Shown here: positions 46,165-56,000 of the stretch, one piece after another
Layout of the letters: each line of letters opens with the position of its first letter
Position numbering within the stretch: the stretch's first letter is position 1
Virus record (IMG/VR): IMGVR_UViG_3300042465_002016
Span: 1 to 56,377 of that record
Source of the DNA: a virus
Taxonomy: Duplodnaviria > Caudoviricetes
Length of the DNA stretch: 56,377 nt
Strand: one strand, 5' to 3'
The notes under the pieces: generated by a model
What the model was told of the DNA's origin: nothing
What the model saw: only the letters and a program-made list of their open reading frames with translations
Database searches by the model: none
Made by a program: the position numbers and the translations under genes

Positions 46165-46578
46165 ATGAACTTTCAATCAGAATCTAAAAAGTCAGGAGAT
46201 GCTTTTGAAGAACTTGTATATCAAGATTTGGTTAGTAGGGGCTTTGATTATATCCAGCCAAATGTTTATATTGAAGGTGCTGGTTGTGAAGTAGATTTTA
46301 TTGCGTATGATAGCAAGTATGATCTTGTTGAGTATGTAGAAGCAAAAGGTGGGCTTGATGGTGAAGGTAAAAGGCCAGGGGCTAAGAGAACTGATAATGT
46401 TAAAAAAGCTATTGCTAATGGAGCACTAATACAAACAGTAGATGTTAGTGCATACTATATAGTTTATTTTTCATCTGAGCCTAGTGAGGGTTATGCTACT
46501 GAAATGATCAATACCGCTTTAAAACATGACATAATTGATGAAGTAAGATACCTGTTGCCAATAAAGCTTGACTTTTAA
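46165..46578 (+). CDS. PD-(D/E)XK restriction-like endonuclease
   Basis: G.AFEE, EVDF, VEAKG, RTDNVKKAIA. Confidence 0.7.
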   Translation: MNFQSESKKSGDAFEELVYQDLVSRGFDYIQPNVYIEGAGCEVDFIAYDSKYDLVEYVEAKGGLDGEGKRPGAKRTDNVKKAIANGALIQTVDVSAYYIVYFSSEPSEGYATEMINTALKHDIIDEVRYLLPIKLDF

Positions 46579-46602
46579 TATTAGAAAGAGTATACTTAGT
46601 AT

Positions 46603-46806
46603 ATGAGATACGACATGCCTGATGATTTTTTAGAGTTTGTAACTAAAAAGTACGCAAACTATAAAGGTTCTAAGTATGATTTCTTTGCTCGTGAGTGGTC
46701 TTTTATGTGTGGGGCATGTAGTGAAAAACTTTTTGCTCCCACTAAAAAAACTATTACAGAAAATCGTTTGTACCATACTCGTAATTTATGTTTAGGAGGA
46801 TACTAA
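46603..46806 (+). CDS. Hypothetical protein, leaderless
   Basis: TTGACT-N17-TATACT then ATG at +6; CGAC..H...C. Confidence 0.6.
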   Translation: MRYDMPDDFLEFVTKKYANYKGSKYDFFAREWSFMCGACSEKLFAPTKKTITENRLYHTRNLCLGGY

Positions 46807-46991
46807 TGGAAATATTTATAGGAATTGCTATGTTTGTTGCTGGTTGGGCTACATGCTATATTCAAATGACATATGGAGTTGATCAAGATAACTAGAATAG
46901 TTATTTGTCCCGTTTGCAAAAAAGAACTTGAGGTTAGAAAAGGTATTTTTGCACATGAAACATTGTATAGACATTCTAAAGAACACGATAC

Positions 46992-47064
46992 CCCTCTGTA
47001 GTTCAGTGGATAGAACAATGGACTTCTAAGCCATGTGTCGCAGGTTCAATTCCTGCCAGGGGGA
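46992..47064 (+). tRNA. tRNA-Arg (TCT)
   Basis: Acceptor CCCTCTG/CAGGGGG, anticodon loop CTTCTAA, T-loop TTCAATT. Confidence 0.9.
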
Positions 47065-47069
47065 CATAG

Positions 47070-47143
47070 GCACCAGTAGCCAAGTTGGTTAAGGCACCGA
47101 ACTCATAATTCGGCTATCATAGGTTCAAGTCCTATCTGGTGTA
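47070..47143 (+). tRNA. tRNA-CAT (elongator Met or Ile2)
   Basis: Acceptor GCACCAG/CTGGTGT, loop CTCATAA. Confidence 0.85.
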
Positions 47144-47147
47144 CGAA

Positions 47148-47220
47148 TGGGGATTAGCTCAGCAGGCAGAGCGGGAAGCTGTTAACTTCTAGGTCGCTGG
47201 TTCGAATCCAGCATCCCCAG
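47148..47220 (+). tRNA. tRNA-Asn (GTT)
   Basis: Acceptor TGGGGAT/ATCCCCA, loop CTGTTAA, TTCGAAT. Confidence 0.9.
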
Positions 47221-47224
47221 CTAA

Positions 47225-47295
47225 GCGAGTGTTGCATAATGGTAGTGCACCATCCTTCCAAGTTGGTAGTGCCAGTTCGATTCTGGTCACTCGCT
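47225..47295 (+). tRNA. tRNA-Gly (TCC)
   Basis: Acceptor GCGAGTG/CACTCGC, loop CTTCCAA, U discriminator. Confidence 0.88.
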
Positions 47296-47350
47296 CTATG
47301 TTAAGCCAAATGGCTTGACTTTTTAATAATGAAGGGTGTATAATATAAAT

Positions 47351-47563
47351 ATGGATAAAGATAATTTAGCGAATACGCATAGAAATGATGCAGTAACGAT
47401 TATGATGAATTCAATAAACGAAGATAATAGGAAGCTTTGTTTATCGAATGGATTAACTGAAGAGGAAGCTGATCAGCATATAGATAATGCTCAGGCTTCA
47501 TTAGGAATGATTATGTATAACATGTATGACAAGCTAGTAGAGGCTAAGGTTATAGTGGTATAA
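47351..47563 (+). CDS. Hypothetical protein, leaderless
   Basis: TTGACT...TATAAT then ATG at +6. Confidence 0.6.
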   Translation: MDKDNLANTHRNDAVTIMMNSINEDNRKLCLSNGLTEEEADQHIDNAQASLGMIMYNMYDKLVEAKVIVV

Positions 47564-47718
47564 TCAAAAAATGGGACGAAACCATTTTGCTAAAACTTTT
47601 GCTTCACCTTACTTTCAAAGTAGTTACTATAAAAACGAGACTACTGGTGGAAAGATGGAAAAAAGAATAGAAAGATGGTTTAAAAGATTCTTTAAGAAAG
47701 ATAAAAAAGAATCTTAGT

Positions 47719-48420
47719 TTATTTCTCTAAAGTGCTTTTAGCACTAAACATACTTTGAAATTCTGGCAACACTATCTTTTTAAAAGAAATGTCATCTGTA
47801 GATAAGAATATATCTTTTGTGTAGTTTATTCCTTGTCTTTCAGATCTAATAATATGGCTGCCATATACTTTTACGTCTTGGTACTCAGTTCCACCAACAT
47901 TAAAAGTATTACCATACATAGATCTCCATAAAAGTTCTGGGTATTGGTCTATAATTTTCTTTAGCTTTTCTTTCTCCATGTGCATTGGGACATGAAGTTC
48001 ATAATCTAACGGATCAAGTATGTTATTTTTCTTTAGTCTGTCATTAGTTGAAAACAGTTTTCTAATGTAAGAGGAAGATCTTGCTATTTTTTGATATCTG
48101 ACAATCTTTTCAGACAACAAACCTCCATGAAGAGTATCTATTTTATCTATCTTTTGTAAGATAAAGAAGTCGTCATTCATTAAAAAGAATTCTTCAGGGG
48201 TTAAATCTGAATGGCATAGGGCATTAAGATTAGATATAGCATTATGATATTTACTATTATTTTGGTCAACGTATATATAATTTCCAATGTACCAGTCTGG
48301 CTTACCGCCTACTACCCAGATATTGGCTTCTGGAAAACTGTTTAGTACTGACCTAATAGAATACCTTAGCTCTTCATTTTCACCAATACGACATATGTAT
48401 ATAAAGTTCATATTCCCCAT
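47719..48420 (-). CDS. Stealth-like sugar-phosphate transferase
   Basis: EELRYSIRS, FFLMNDDFF, ELHVP. Confidence 0.65.
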   Translation of the reverse strand: MGNMNFIYICRIGENEELRYSIRSVLNSFPEANIWVVGGKPDWYIGNYIYVDQNNSKYHNAISNLNALCHSDLTPEEFFLMNDDFFILQKIDKIDTLHGGLLSEKIVRYQKIARSSSYIRKLFSTNDRLKKNNILDPLDYELHVPMHMEKEKLKKIIDQYPELLWRSMYGNTFNVGGTEYQDVKVYGSHIIRSERQGINYTKDIFLSTDDISFKKIVLPEFQSMFSAKSTLEK

Positions 48421-48486
48421 ACCTTTTATAATAGTATAACATATTTAGGCGTGATATAATATAAAGAATACAAAGATAGGGTGGCA

Positions 48487-49446
48487 ATGTCAAATATAGT
48501 CTTTCTGGGGAACTTTGAGGTTCCTTATAGTAGTGAGAATCATCATGTAAAGTCTTTAGAGTCCCTTGGACATACCGTTCAAAAAATGCAGGAAAAGAAA
48601 TCGACTAGTGAGTCTATCCTTAACGCAGCACTTAATAGTGATCTGTTTGTTTGGGTTCATACACATAAGTGGGCAACTCCTGGAAATATCTCTATGGATG
48701 AGGTATTAATAAAACTTAAAGATGCTGGCATTCCTACAATGAGCTACCACCTAGACTTATGGATGGGTATTGAAAGACAGAAAGACTTAGAGCAAGATAA
48801 CTTTTATAAAACCATTGGTCATTTCTTTACTGTAGATAAACTAATGGCTGATTGGTTTAATGAAAATACATCAGTAACTGGACACTTCTTGACTGCAGGG
48901 GTATACGATAAAGAGTGTTACATTCATTCTGATTACAACCAATATGACTTTCAATATGATGTTATTTTTGTTGGCAGCAAAGGATACCACCATGAGTATA
49001 AATATAGACCAGAGTTAGTAGACTTTTTAAGAAAAACATATGGTAAAAAATTCTTACATGTTGGTGGGGATGGAGATACTGGAACAGTTCGTGGAGATGA
49101 TCTAAACAAGATTTATGCTAAGAGTAAAATTGCTATTGGCGATAGCCTTAATATAGGCTTCAATTACCCATACTATACAAGTGATAGATTATTTGAAAGT
49201 ACTGGTCGTGGTGGTTTTACTATCTACCCTCGCATTAAAGGGTTGGAAGATTATTTTATTGATAAAGAAGAAATTGTTTTTTACGAGCATGGTAACTTAG
49301 TTGATCTTAAAACAAAGATAGATTACTATCTGCTAGATGGAATATCAAGAGAAAAAATAAGATATGCTGGTCACAACAGAACAAAGAATGAACACACATA
49401 TGTCCATAGATGGACTGCAATCTTAGAAGAGTTGGGTATTAAATGA
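48487..49446 (+). CDS. Glycosyltransferase, CgeB/Glyco_trans_1_2-like
   Basis: DVIFVGS, YAKSKIAIG, SDRLFESTGRGGF, HTY..R. Confidence 0.85.
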   Translation: MSNIVFLGNFEVPYSSENHHVKSLESLGHTVQKMQEKKSTSESILNAALNSDLFVWVHTHKWATPGNISMDEVLIKLKDAGIPTMSYHLDLWMGIERQKDLEQDNFYKTIGHFFTVDKLMADWFNENTSVTGHFLTAGVYDKECYIHSDYNQYDFQYDVIFVGSKGYHHEYKYRPELVDFLRKTYGKKFLHVGGDGDTGTVRGDDLNKIYAKSKIAIGDSLNIGFNYPYYTSDRLFESTGRGGFTIYPRIKGLEDYFIDKEEIVFYEHGNLVDLKTKIDYYLLDGISREKIRYAGHNRTKNEHTYVHRWTAILEELGIK

Positions 49447-50327
49447 ATTGCTTAGTAACTGGAGGAGCAGGCTTCATTGGATCTAATCTTGTTGATAAGC
49501 TTATAGACCTTGGTCATAATGTTATCTGTATAGATAATGAGTCAGCAGAGTGTCATGAGCAATTTTACTGGAACTTAAAAGCAAATAATTATAAATATGA
49601 TATCTGTGATTATAATAAGATAGAACATTTATTTAATGGAATTGACTATGTATTTCATATTGCATCTGATGCAAGAATTCAACCAGCAATCCTAAACCCT
49701 AAAAAATCTATTGAGTCTAACGCAGTAGGAACTGCTAATGTGTTAGAACTATCTCGATTAGCAAAAGTAAAAAAGTTTGTTTATTCTAGTACATCCTCTG
49801 CCTATGGCAAGAAAGCAATACTTCCAAACATAGAAACACAACCATCCGACCCACTGACACCATACTCTGCGGCAAAAGTATTTGGTGAAAACCTTGCAAG
49901 AGTTTACTATAATCTTTATGGTCTTGAGACTATATCACTTAGATACTTCAATGTTTATGGAGATAGACAGCCACTTAAAGGCCAGTATGCACCAGTAATA
50001 GGGTTATTCTTAAAGCAGTACCATGAAGGAAAAGCTTTGACAGTTGTTGGAGATGGTTCTCAGCGCAGAGACTTTACACATATATCTGATGTAGTAGAAG
50101 CAAACATTCTTGCATCTGAAGCGAGTCATGGTTTTGGTGAGGTATATAACATTGGGTATGGAAGTAACTATTCTATAATTGATATTGCTAATATGATTTC
50201 AAATGATGTTAAGTTTATCCCGTCAAGAATTGGTGAGGTGCAAGAAACTCTTGCGTCTAATGAAAAATTTAAAGGTTTAACTGGATGGACACCAAAAGTA
50301 TCATTAATAGACTGGTTGCAGAAATGA
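49443..50327 (+). CDS. NAD-dependent nucleotide-sugar epimerase/dehydratase
   Basis: TGGAGFIGS, YSAAK, LRYFNVYG, RDFTHISDVV. Confidence 0.93.
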   Translation: MNCLVTGGAGFIGSNLVDKLIDLGHNVICIDNESAECHEQFYWNLKANNYKYDICDYNKIEHLFNGIDYVFHIASDARIQPAILNPKKSIESNAVGTANVLELSRLAKVKKFVYSSTSSAYGKKAILPNIETQPSDPLTPYSAAKVFGENLARVYYNLYGLETISLRYFNVYGDRQPLKGQYAPVIGLFLKQYHEGKALTVVGDGSQRRDFTHISDVVEANILASEASHGFGEVYNIGYGSNYSIIDIANMISNDVKFIPSRIGEVQETLASNEKFKGLTGWTPKVSLIDWLQK

Positions 50328-51037
50328 CAGAAATGAAAAAAGTAATAGTTAATGGTGAGTTTGAGATTACTTTGCCAGAACATCGTGCTGCTCGCCCCGA
50401 ATGGTACGAACCTAAAGGTTGGGAAAAACCAAGATTAAGACACATGTCTAAAAATATTTCTTCTGGAGATGTTATGTACTATGTTGGTGCAGAAGAAGGC
50501 GAGTTTGCTGCACTATGTCAAATGTGGGGTGCGGAAGTAGTTGTATTTGAACCAAACCCTAAAGTCTGGTCACACTTTCCATTGCTTTGGAGTGCAAACA
50601 ATTTAGATCTTCCAATAGTTTGTATTCCTGGATTTGCATCTGATAAGATAAACAATCTTTCAAGAATATATTATAATGAATGGCCACCAGAAGTTAACAA
50701 CGTAATTGAAGCAGCCCACGGATTTAAAGAACTATACCTTGAAGGAGAGTCCTATGGTCAGATTACTATAGACTCTTGTGTATATGATCATGGTATTAAG
50801 CCACCTACCGCCATCTCATTGGACGTAGAGGGCAGTGAGTGGAGGGTCCTAGGAGGGGCTGAGAAGGTGCTTAGAGAGCACAAACCAAAGATTTGGTTAT
50901 CTGGACACCCTGAGTTTATGTTACAGCAATGGAATGAATCTTTATATAATCTTAGACAATGGATTAAAGGATTAGGTTATACTGAAATAATTTTAGACTA
51001 TCAACATGAGGTTCACTTATACTATGAATCAATCTAA
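50324..51037 (+). CDS. FkbM-family methyltransferase
   Basis: VGAEEG, FEPNP, LDVEGSE..VL.GA. Confidence 0.8.
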   Translation: MTEMKKVIVNGEFEITLPEHRAARPEWYEPKGWEKPRLRHMSKNISSGDVMYYVGAEEGEFAALCQMWGAEVVVFEPNPKVWSHFPLLWSANNLDLPIVCIPGFASDKINNLSRIYYNEWPPEVNNVIEAAHGFKELYLEGESYGQITIDSCVYDHGIKPPTAISLDVEGSEWRVLGGAEKVLREHKPKIWLSGHPEFMLQQWNESLYNLRQWIKGLGYTEIILDYQHEVHLYYESI

Positions 51038-51572
51038 AATTTTTTGGGATAACGCTGCAAAAGATCCAGATGTTAGGTATAAATATATTGCAGACGAGTG
51101 GGCTTCTACTGAAACATTTTTAAATCTTATAGAAAATAATAACGATAACTGGAACAATGTTTTAGAAATTGGATGTGGGATAGGAAGGCTGTTAGTTCCT
51201 TTAGCAGACAAGTATGGCGAATGTAATTTTTACGGATTAGATATTTCTGATGAAATGATAAACCTTGCACCTAAAAGAGATAATATAAAGTATCAAAAAG
51301 TTGGAAACAATCTTGATTTAGTATATTCAATGTTGGTCTTTCAACATATTGAGCACCAAGAAAAGATTAACTACATAAAACTTGCTTATGAAAAATTAAA
51401 AGTTGGTGGCAATTTATTCTTTCAATTTGTTATTGGAGAGGAAAACTCTCCATACTCTTATCAAACATCAAAGTTTGAAATCTACAGGATATTAAATAGT
51501 GCAGGATTTAAAGACTTAATTTTTACAGACCACATGCATCCTGAATGGATGTTTGTTAGGGCTACAAAATGA
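51024..51572 (+). CDS. Class I SAM-dependent methyltransferase
   Basis: VLEIGCGIGR, GLDIS..M, VFQHI, LKVGG. Confidence 0.88.
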   Translation: MNQSKIFWDNAAKDPDVRYKYIADEWASTETFLNLIENNNDNWNNVLEIGCGIGRLLVPLADKYGECNFYGLDISDEMINLAPKRDNIKYQKVGNNLDLVYSMLVFQHIEHQEKINYIKLAYEKLKVGGNLFFQFVIGEENSPYSYQTSKFEIYRILNSAGFKDLIFTDHMHPEWMFVRATK

Positions 51573-52417
51573 TTAATGCATACCTTTACTCTCATGATGG
51601 ACAAGACTATGCAAATGACAAATGGGACTATGGATTATTAAAAGAAATATTTGATAAGAATGAAGTAGATCAGGTAAGGGTTACAGAGATTCCAAAAGGA
51701 GATAAAGCCTTTGTTGTAATCCCTGGACCACAGACTGCTGGCAATGAAGAACTTTTGTCTAATGAATTAAATAAACTTTCTAGAGTTGTTTTATTTATTA
51801 CTGGTGATGAAGAAGGTAAGTTTGACATAGAAAAGATTGTTCATCCCAATATTGAGGTATGGATACAATACCCACATGTAAAACATGAAAAATATAACAA
51901 GCTACCAGTAGGTGTTCCACAGCATTTATCTAAAAATCTTCCACCATATCCAGAAAAAGAATATGATTTATTTTTTGCTGGTCAGATAACTCATCAGAGA
52001 AGAAGTCAATTAGCAGAAGCAATTCAAAAAATACCAAATTCTGTTTTTAAACCAACATCAGGCTTTGCACAAGGAGATACTCCATCAGAATACTATAAGT
52101 CTTTGTCTAAAACTAGGATAGCACCTGCTCCAAGTGGTGCAGTAGTTATAGATTCTTTTAGATTATTTGAAGCAATAGAGCTATTATGTCTACCAATATC
52201 AGATAATATAGATTCAACAGGAAACTATGTAGAATTCTATAAGTCTATATTTGGAAAAACAATGCCAGTTGATAGCGTTTCTAATTGGGCAGACATAAAG
52301 AATATGCTTCCTGGTATGCTAAGTCAGTACCCAAAAAATATGCATCAGGTTGTTACTTGGTGGATAAAATACAAAAGAGATTTATCTATCAAAATTATGG
52401 AGCAAATTAATGCATAA
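51569..52417 (+). CDS. Glycosyltransferase, exostosin/GT47-like
   Basis: DLFFAGQ, Y...L, P.G...DSFRLFEA. Confidence 0.7.
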   Translation: MINAYLYSHDGQDYANDKWDYGLLKEIFDKNEVDQVRVTEIPKGDKAFVVIPGPQTAGNEELLSNELNKLSRVVLFITGDEEGKFDIEKIVHPNIEVWIQYPHVKHEKYNKLPVGVPQHLSKNLPPYPEKEYDLFFAGQITHQRRSQLAEAIQKIPNSVFKPTSGFAQGDTPSEYYKSLSKTRIAPAPSGAVVIDSFRLFEAIELLCLPISDNIDSTGNYVEFYKSIFGKTMPVDSVSNWADIKNMLPGMLSQYPKNMHQVVTWWIKYKRDLSIKIMEQINA

Positions 52418-53171
52418 AAATGACGTAACTATTATTCTTGCAACATCAATTATTCCAGATCATCCAAGTACAGAAATGATTGATGAAACTATTAAATCTA
52501 TTAGACATCACTTTCCAGATAACGAAATAATTATGCAGATTGATGGATTACGCAGGGAACAACAGCATAGAAAGGCAGACTATGATGAGTATAAAAATCG
52601 AATTCTTTGGAAATGTTTGCATGAATACAAAAATGTGTTACCAATAATTTTTGATAAACATAGCCATCAAACTACGATGATGCGTAAAACTATTGACCTA
52701 ATACAAACTTCTTTGCTTCTGTATGTAGAAGGTGATGCACCATTAGTGACTGATGAAGTAATTGAATGGAATAAGTGTCTTGATTTTATTGAATATGAAA
52801 AAGCAAATACAATTCGTTTTCATTTTGAAGCTTTAATTCCTGAACCTCATAAGCATTTGATGTTTGGTTTAGAAGATGGGTTTATGAAAACTGCACAATG
52901 GAGTCAAAGGCCACACCTGACTAGGGTCTCTTATTATAAAAATGTTATCCTTCCTCCACTAAAAGAAAAAACTTTTATTGAAGATGACACACATGGAATA
53001 ATTCAAGACGATATTCTCCCATATGATAAATTTAGTATAGATGGATGGAATAAACATAAGCTTTGGATTTACCACCCTGAAGGAAATATAAAAAGATCCT
53101 ATCATTTAGATGGAAGACAGGGAACAAGAAAGTTTACAAGCGATGATGATGTTTGGGGATATAAAAAATGA
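52410..53171 (+). CDS. Glycosyltransferase, GT-A/GT2-like
   Basis: TI.SIR, IDG, YVEGD, WSQRPH, HLDGR. Confidence 0.65.
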   Translation: MHKNDVTIILATSIIPDHPSTEMIDETIKSIRHHFPDNEIIMQIDGLRREQQHRKADYDEYKNRILWKCLHEYKNVLPIIFDKHSHQTTMMRKTIDLIQTSLLLYVEGDAPLVTDEVIEWNKCLDFIEYEKANTIRFHFEALIPEPHKHLMFGLEDGFMKTAQWSQRPHLTRVSYYKNVILPPLKEKTFIEDDTHGIIQDDILPYDKFSIDGWNKHKLWIYHPEGNIKRSYHLDGRQGTRKFTSDDDVWGYKK

Positions 53172-54205
53172 GACTAGGAATCATTGCAAGATCAGACAAC
53201 ACTGGACTAGGCAATCAAACAAGAGAACTTGTTAACATGCTTAACCCAGACAAGATACTACTAATTGATTCATCACATTTTAACGGGAATCAACAACATC
53301 CAGAATGGTATGAAGGATATAACTATAGAAAAACATCTGTAGGAATGCCAACAACAAAAGAATATCTTAGATTCTTACAGGACATTGATGTAGTATTAAG
53401 CTGTGAAACATTTTATAGTCCTAATTTTATAGACTTAGCTAGGAAGCATAATGTAAAAACAATATTGCAGTACAACTATGAACTCTTTGGTCATATGAAT
53501 AATCCAAGCCTAACACTTCCAGATGTTTTGTTATCACCAAGTCTATGGAACATTGAGATAGTTCAAAGAATGTTTGGAGATAAAACCAAAGTAATTCATT
53601 TGCCACCACCAACAACGACATCAATATTTGATGAGGCTAGAGCAAATAACTTATCTAAAACCCACAAAAGAATTCTTCATATTGGTGGAAAGAAAGCTGC
53701 CAAAGACAGAAATGGTACAGAGTCTATATTAGAAATGATGACAAAATCTAAAGCTGATTTTGAGTTAGTAATCAAAACACAAACAGATCTAAAGGTTAAA
53801 GCCAAAGACTCAAGAATAACTATCGATACTGATAACATCAAGAACAGACAAGACCTTTACTCTGGCTATGATGCTATGATATTACCAAGAAGATATGCTG
53901 GATTATGCTTGCCAATGAATGAGGCATTGATTAGTGGACTACCTGTATTTATGACAGATATCTCTCCTAACAATATTGTTCTTCCAAGTCAATGGCTTAT
54001 CCCTTCAGAAAAAATAGGATCATTTCAAACCAAATCAATGGTAGACATATATACTCCAAACCTTGATAAGTTTGCTAGGATTATTGATGATTATGTTGAG
54101 AACTCTAATAAGACAAAGAGTAAGCAGCAGGCTGTTGAACTAGGGTTTAATCATTTTTCTGTTGAAAACCTTAAAGATAAATACCTAGAAATAATAAACG
54201 GGTAA
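53168..54205 (+). CDS. Glycosyltransferase, GT4/GT-B
   Basis: GLG.Q, Y..YDAMILP, GLCLPMNEALISGLPV. Confidence 0.85.
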   Translation: MRLGIIARSDNTGLGNQTRELVNMLNPDKILLIDSSHFNGNQQHPEWYEGYNYRKTSVGMPTTKEYLRFLQDIDVVLSCETFYSPNFIDLARKHNVKTILQYNYELFGHMNNPSLTLPDVLLSPSLWNIEIVQRMFGDKTKVIHLPPPTTTSIFDEARANNLSKTHKRILHIGGKKAAKDRNGTESILEMMTKSKADFELVIKTQTDLKVKAKDSRITIDTDNIKNRQDLYSGYDAMILPRRYAGLCLPMNEALISGLPVFMTDISPNNIVLPSQWLIPSEKIGSFQTKSMVDIYTPNLDKFARIIDDYVENSNKTKSKQQAVELGFNHFSVENLKDKYLEIING

Positions 54206-54206
54206 C

Positions 54207-54237
54207 AAAAAAGCCAGCCTATCTCTAGACTGGCTAA
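54207..54237. terminator. Intrinsic terminator between convergent genes
   Basis: AAAAA-GCCAG.CTA..TAG.CTGGC hairpin. Confidence 0.6.
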
Positions 54238-54251
54238 TCTGTAAGTATATA

Positions 54252-54524
54252 CTACTTCTTTGGAGCTGCTGCCTTCTTAGCAACTCGCTTTGCAGGTGCC
54301 TTAGCAGCCTTTAGAGCCTCTTCTACGGCCTTAGCATCTGGTAGTACACCAAAAGCCTTGTCGTTTGGATTAATTGCTCTGATTGCCACTGGCGCAAGTG
54401 CTGCCACTAGAGCAGTCCATAGATCCTTTGGATCTGTAACTCCTGCCATATATAGGGCAAGGCCTGATGCCAGGACTGATCTTCCGTATGAGGCAAGTAC
54501 TGCCTTTAGTTGTGTTGTATTCAT
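54252..54524 (-). CDS. Holin-like membrane protein with K/A-rich tail
   Basis: AGGAGG RBS before MNTT; two hydrophobic segments; R.INP.D.AFG. Confidence 0.55.
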   Translation of the reverse strand: MNTTQLKAVLASYGRSVLASGLALYMAGVTDPKDLWTALVAALAPVAIRAINPNDKAFGVLPDAKAVEEALKAAKAPAKRVAKKAAAPKK

Positions 54525-54532
54525 TATTCCTC

Positions 54533-54691
54533 CTAGGATATAACTCGTGTTAGTATTGTGAAGCCAATCCATAGACCAATAATTCCTGCGACTCCCGCAA
54601 AAACTGGTGGTGCTGGTACTGGCAATTTGAATGCAGCAAACACGATCCCGCATCCAAAACCTGTTAGTGTTGATAGTAGAACATCTTTCAT
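54533..54691 (-). CDS. XapX/DUF1427-family small membrane protein
   Basis: Manual translation ...G.VFAAFKLPVPAPPVFAGVAGIIGLWIG... Confidence 0.75.
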   Translation of the reverse strand: MKDVLLSTLTGFGCGIVFAAFKLPVPAPPVFAGVAGIIGLWIGFTILTRVIS

Positions 54692-54877
54692 TTAAATCTT
54701 CTCCGATTCTAATTCATTATAATGTTTATCACAAAGATCTAGTATTCTGATTTCACTGTTAGTCCAAATCTTAGTAGATTCTTCTTTACATTTTTCTTCT
54801 TCACAAATTTGAAATGCAGAAAGAGTTAGTTTTCTTGGATCTTTTAGCTTAAACATCTTGATCCTTTGGTAACACAT
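54692..54877 (-). CDS. Small Cys/His protein
   Basis: C....C...LCDKHY; start uncertain. Confidence 0.5.
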   Translation of the reverse strand: MCYQRIKMFKLKDPRKLTLSAFQICEEEKCKEESTKIWTNSEIRILDLCDKHYNELESEKI

Positions 54878-55265
54878 TCTTTAATTCTTTATATGAAACA
54901 GAAATTTTCTTTAATAGTTCGTTGTTTGGTCCTGCAACTACATCACCATATTTTTCAAAATATTCAATAGATGGATCAACCTCAGCAACAAACTTATTTA
55001 AAGCAGACTGAACATTTTCTATATACTCAAATGCCCAATCTCTTGATTCAGAAATAAAATTTAAAAAACTTTCTTGATGAATTTCTTCATCGGTCTTTAT
55101 ATCTTTACCAGATTGAACAGTGTCAATGTACTCTTGTAAAATAAACTTATCAATAATAGTTTTTGTTAATATATTATTTGCTTTTATCAAGGCACTTAGT
55201 GTTGCAGTATATGCAACAGCAAAAGAAACAGATAAGATACTTAGTATAACAATCGCAATTTTCAT
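54849..55265 (-). CDS. Membrane-anchored hypothetical protein
   Basis: N-terminal TM; F..SRDWAFEYIE.VQ. Confidence 0.7.
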   Translation of the reverse strand: MKIAIVILSILSVSFAVAYTATLSALIKANNILTKTIIDKFILQEYIDTVQSGKDIKTDEEIHQESFLNFISESRDWAFEYIENVQSALNKFVAEVDPSIEYFEKYGDVVAGPNNELLKKISVSYKELKNVLPKDQDV

Positions 55266-55492
55266 TTTAAAGCTTCCCTAGTCACTAAAACAATTGCACC
55301 CTCTAGTTCTAGAGCGTGTTTTAATTGAACTACATATTGTAATGCAGCAATCTTTTCATCATGAACTAAATTAACAAACTTTCTTTCATCTAACTTTATT
55401 GTTAGGAAGTGTTCGTTGTCAATCAAGTCTACCTTAAATCCTTTTGGAGGTGCTACTTGATGAAAAGCTCTACGCATTTCATTTGTATACAT
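55262..55492 (-). CDS. Hypothetical protein
   Basis: Coupled ORF downstream of whiB. Confidence 0.65.
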   Translation of the reverse strand: MYTNEMRRAFHQVAPPKGFKVDLIDNEHFLTIKLDERKFVNLVHDEKIAALQYVVQLKHALELEGAIVLVTREALK

Positions 55493-55495
55493 TTT

Positions 55496-55777
55496 TTAAT
55501 CCGTTGTCATTTTCTGCCACATATCTGCCCAATCACTTTTTGATTTATGATTATTAAACTCTCTTGAAATTTCTCCACTTTCTAAGTATACACCACCCCA
55601 GACACCCCATTCTTTACCTGAGATGCCAACGGCAAAGCATTGCTTAACCATAGGGCATGCAGTACAGATCCCATCAATCTTTAATCTATTACTTACATTA
55701 TCTTCATACTCTTCAAAAAATAAATTTGTATCAAAATCACGACATGGAGCATCGTCTTTCCATAAATGCTGCTTCAT
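55496..55777 (-). CDS. whiB: WhiB-family Fe-S transcription factor
   Basis: W...A.C...D..LFF, IC.ACP...C, GVWGG. Confidence 0.92.
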   Translation of the reverse strand: MKQHLWKDDAPCRDFDTNLFFEEYEDNVSNRLKIDGICTACPMVKQCFAVGISGKEWGVWGGVYLESGEISREFNNHKSKSDWADMWQKMTTD

Positions 55778-55779
55778 GT

Positions 55780-55989
55780 TTACACCTTATACTTACTTGG
55801 AATCTCCCACCCCATACGATTAGGAACAAAAGCAGTTTTTATAAACCATTGATTATTAATTCTTACACCGTTAACATCTGTTCTAGCAATGTTTGTCTTT
55901 TTAAGTTCTAGAACATCCCAGCCATCCCATTTTAATTCACGGTTGTTGGCAACAATTTTTTCCATCATTTTAAGATCTTGTACTAACAT
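55780..55989 (-). CDS. Hypothetical protein
   Basis: ME.IV..N..L.WDGWDV. Confidence 0.65.
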   Translation of the reverse strand: MLVQDLKMMEKIVANNRELKWDGWDVLELKKTNIARTDVNGVRINNQWFIKTAFVPNRMGWEIPSKYKV

Positions 55990-56000
55990 ACTGCTCCCCT

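Noticed and set aside
54525-54653. N-terminal extension of the 54252 ORF given in the track
   Set aside because: A better RBS (AGGAGG) precedes ATG 54524, and the extension overlaps the XapX-like gene in another frame.
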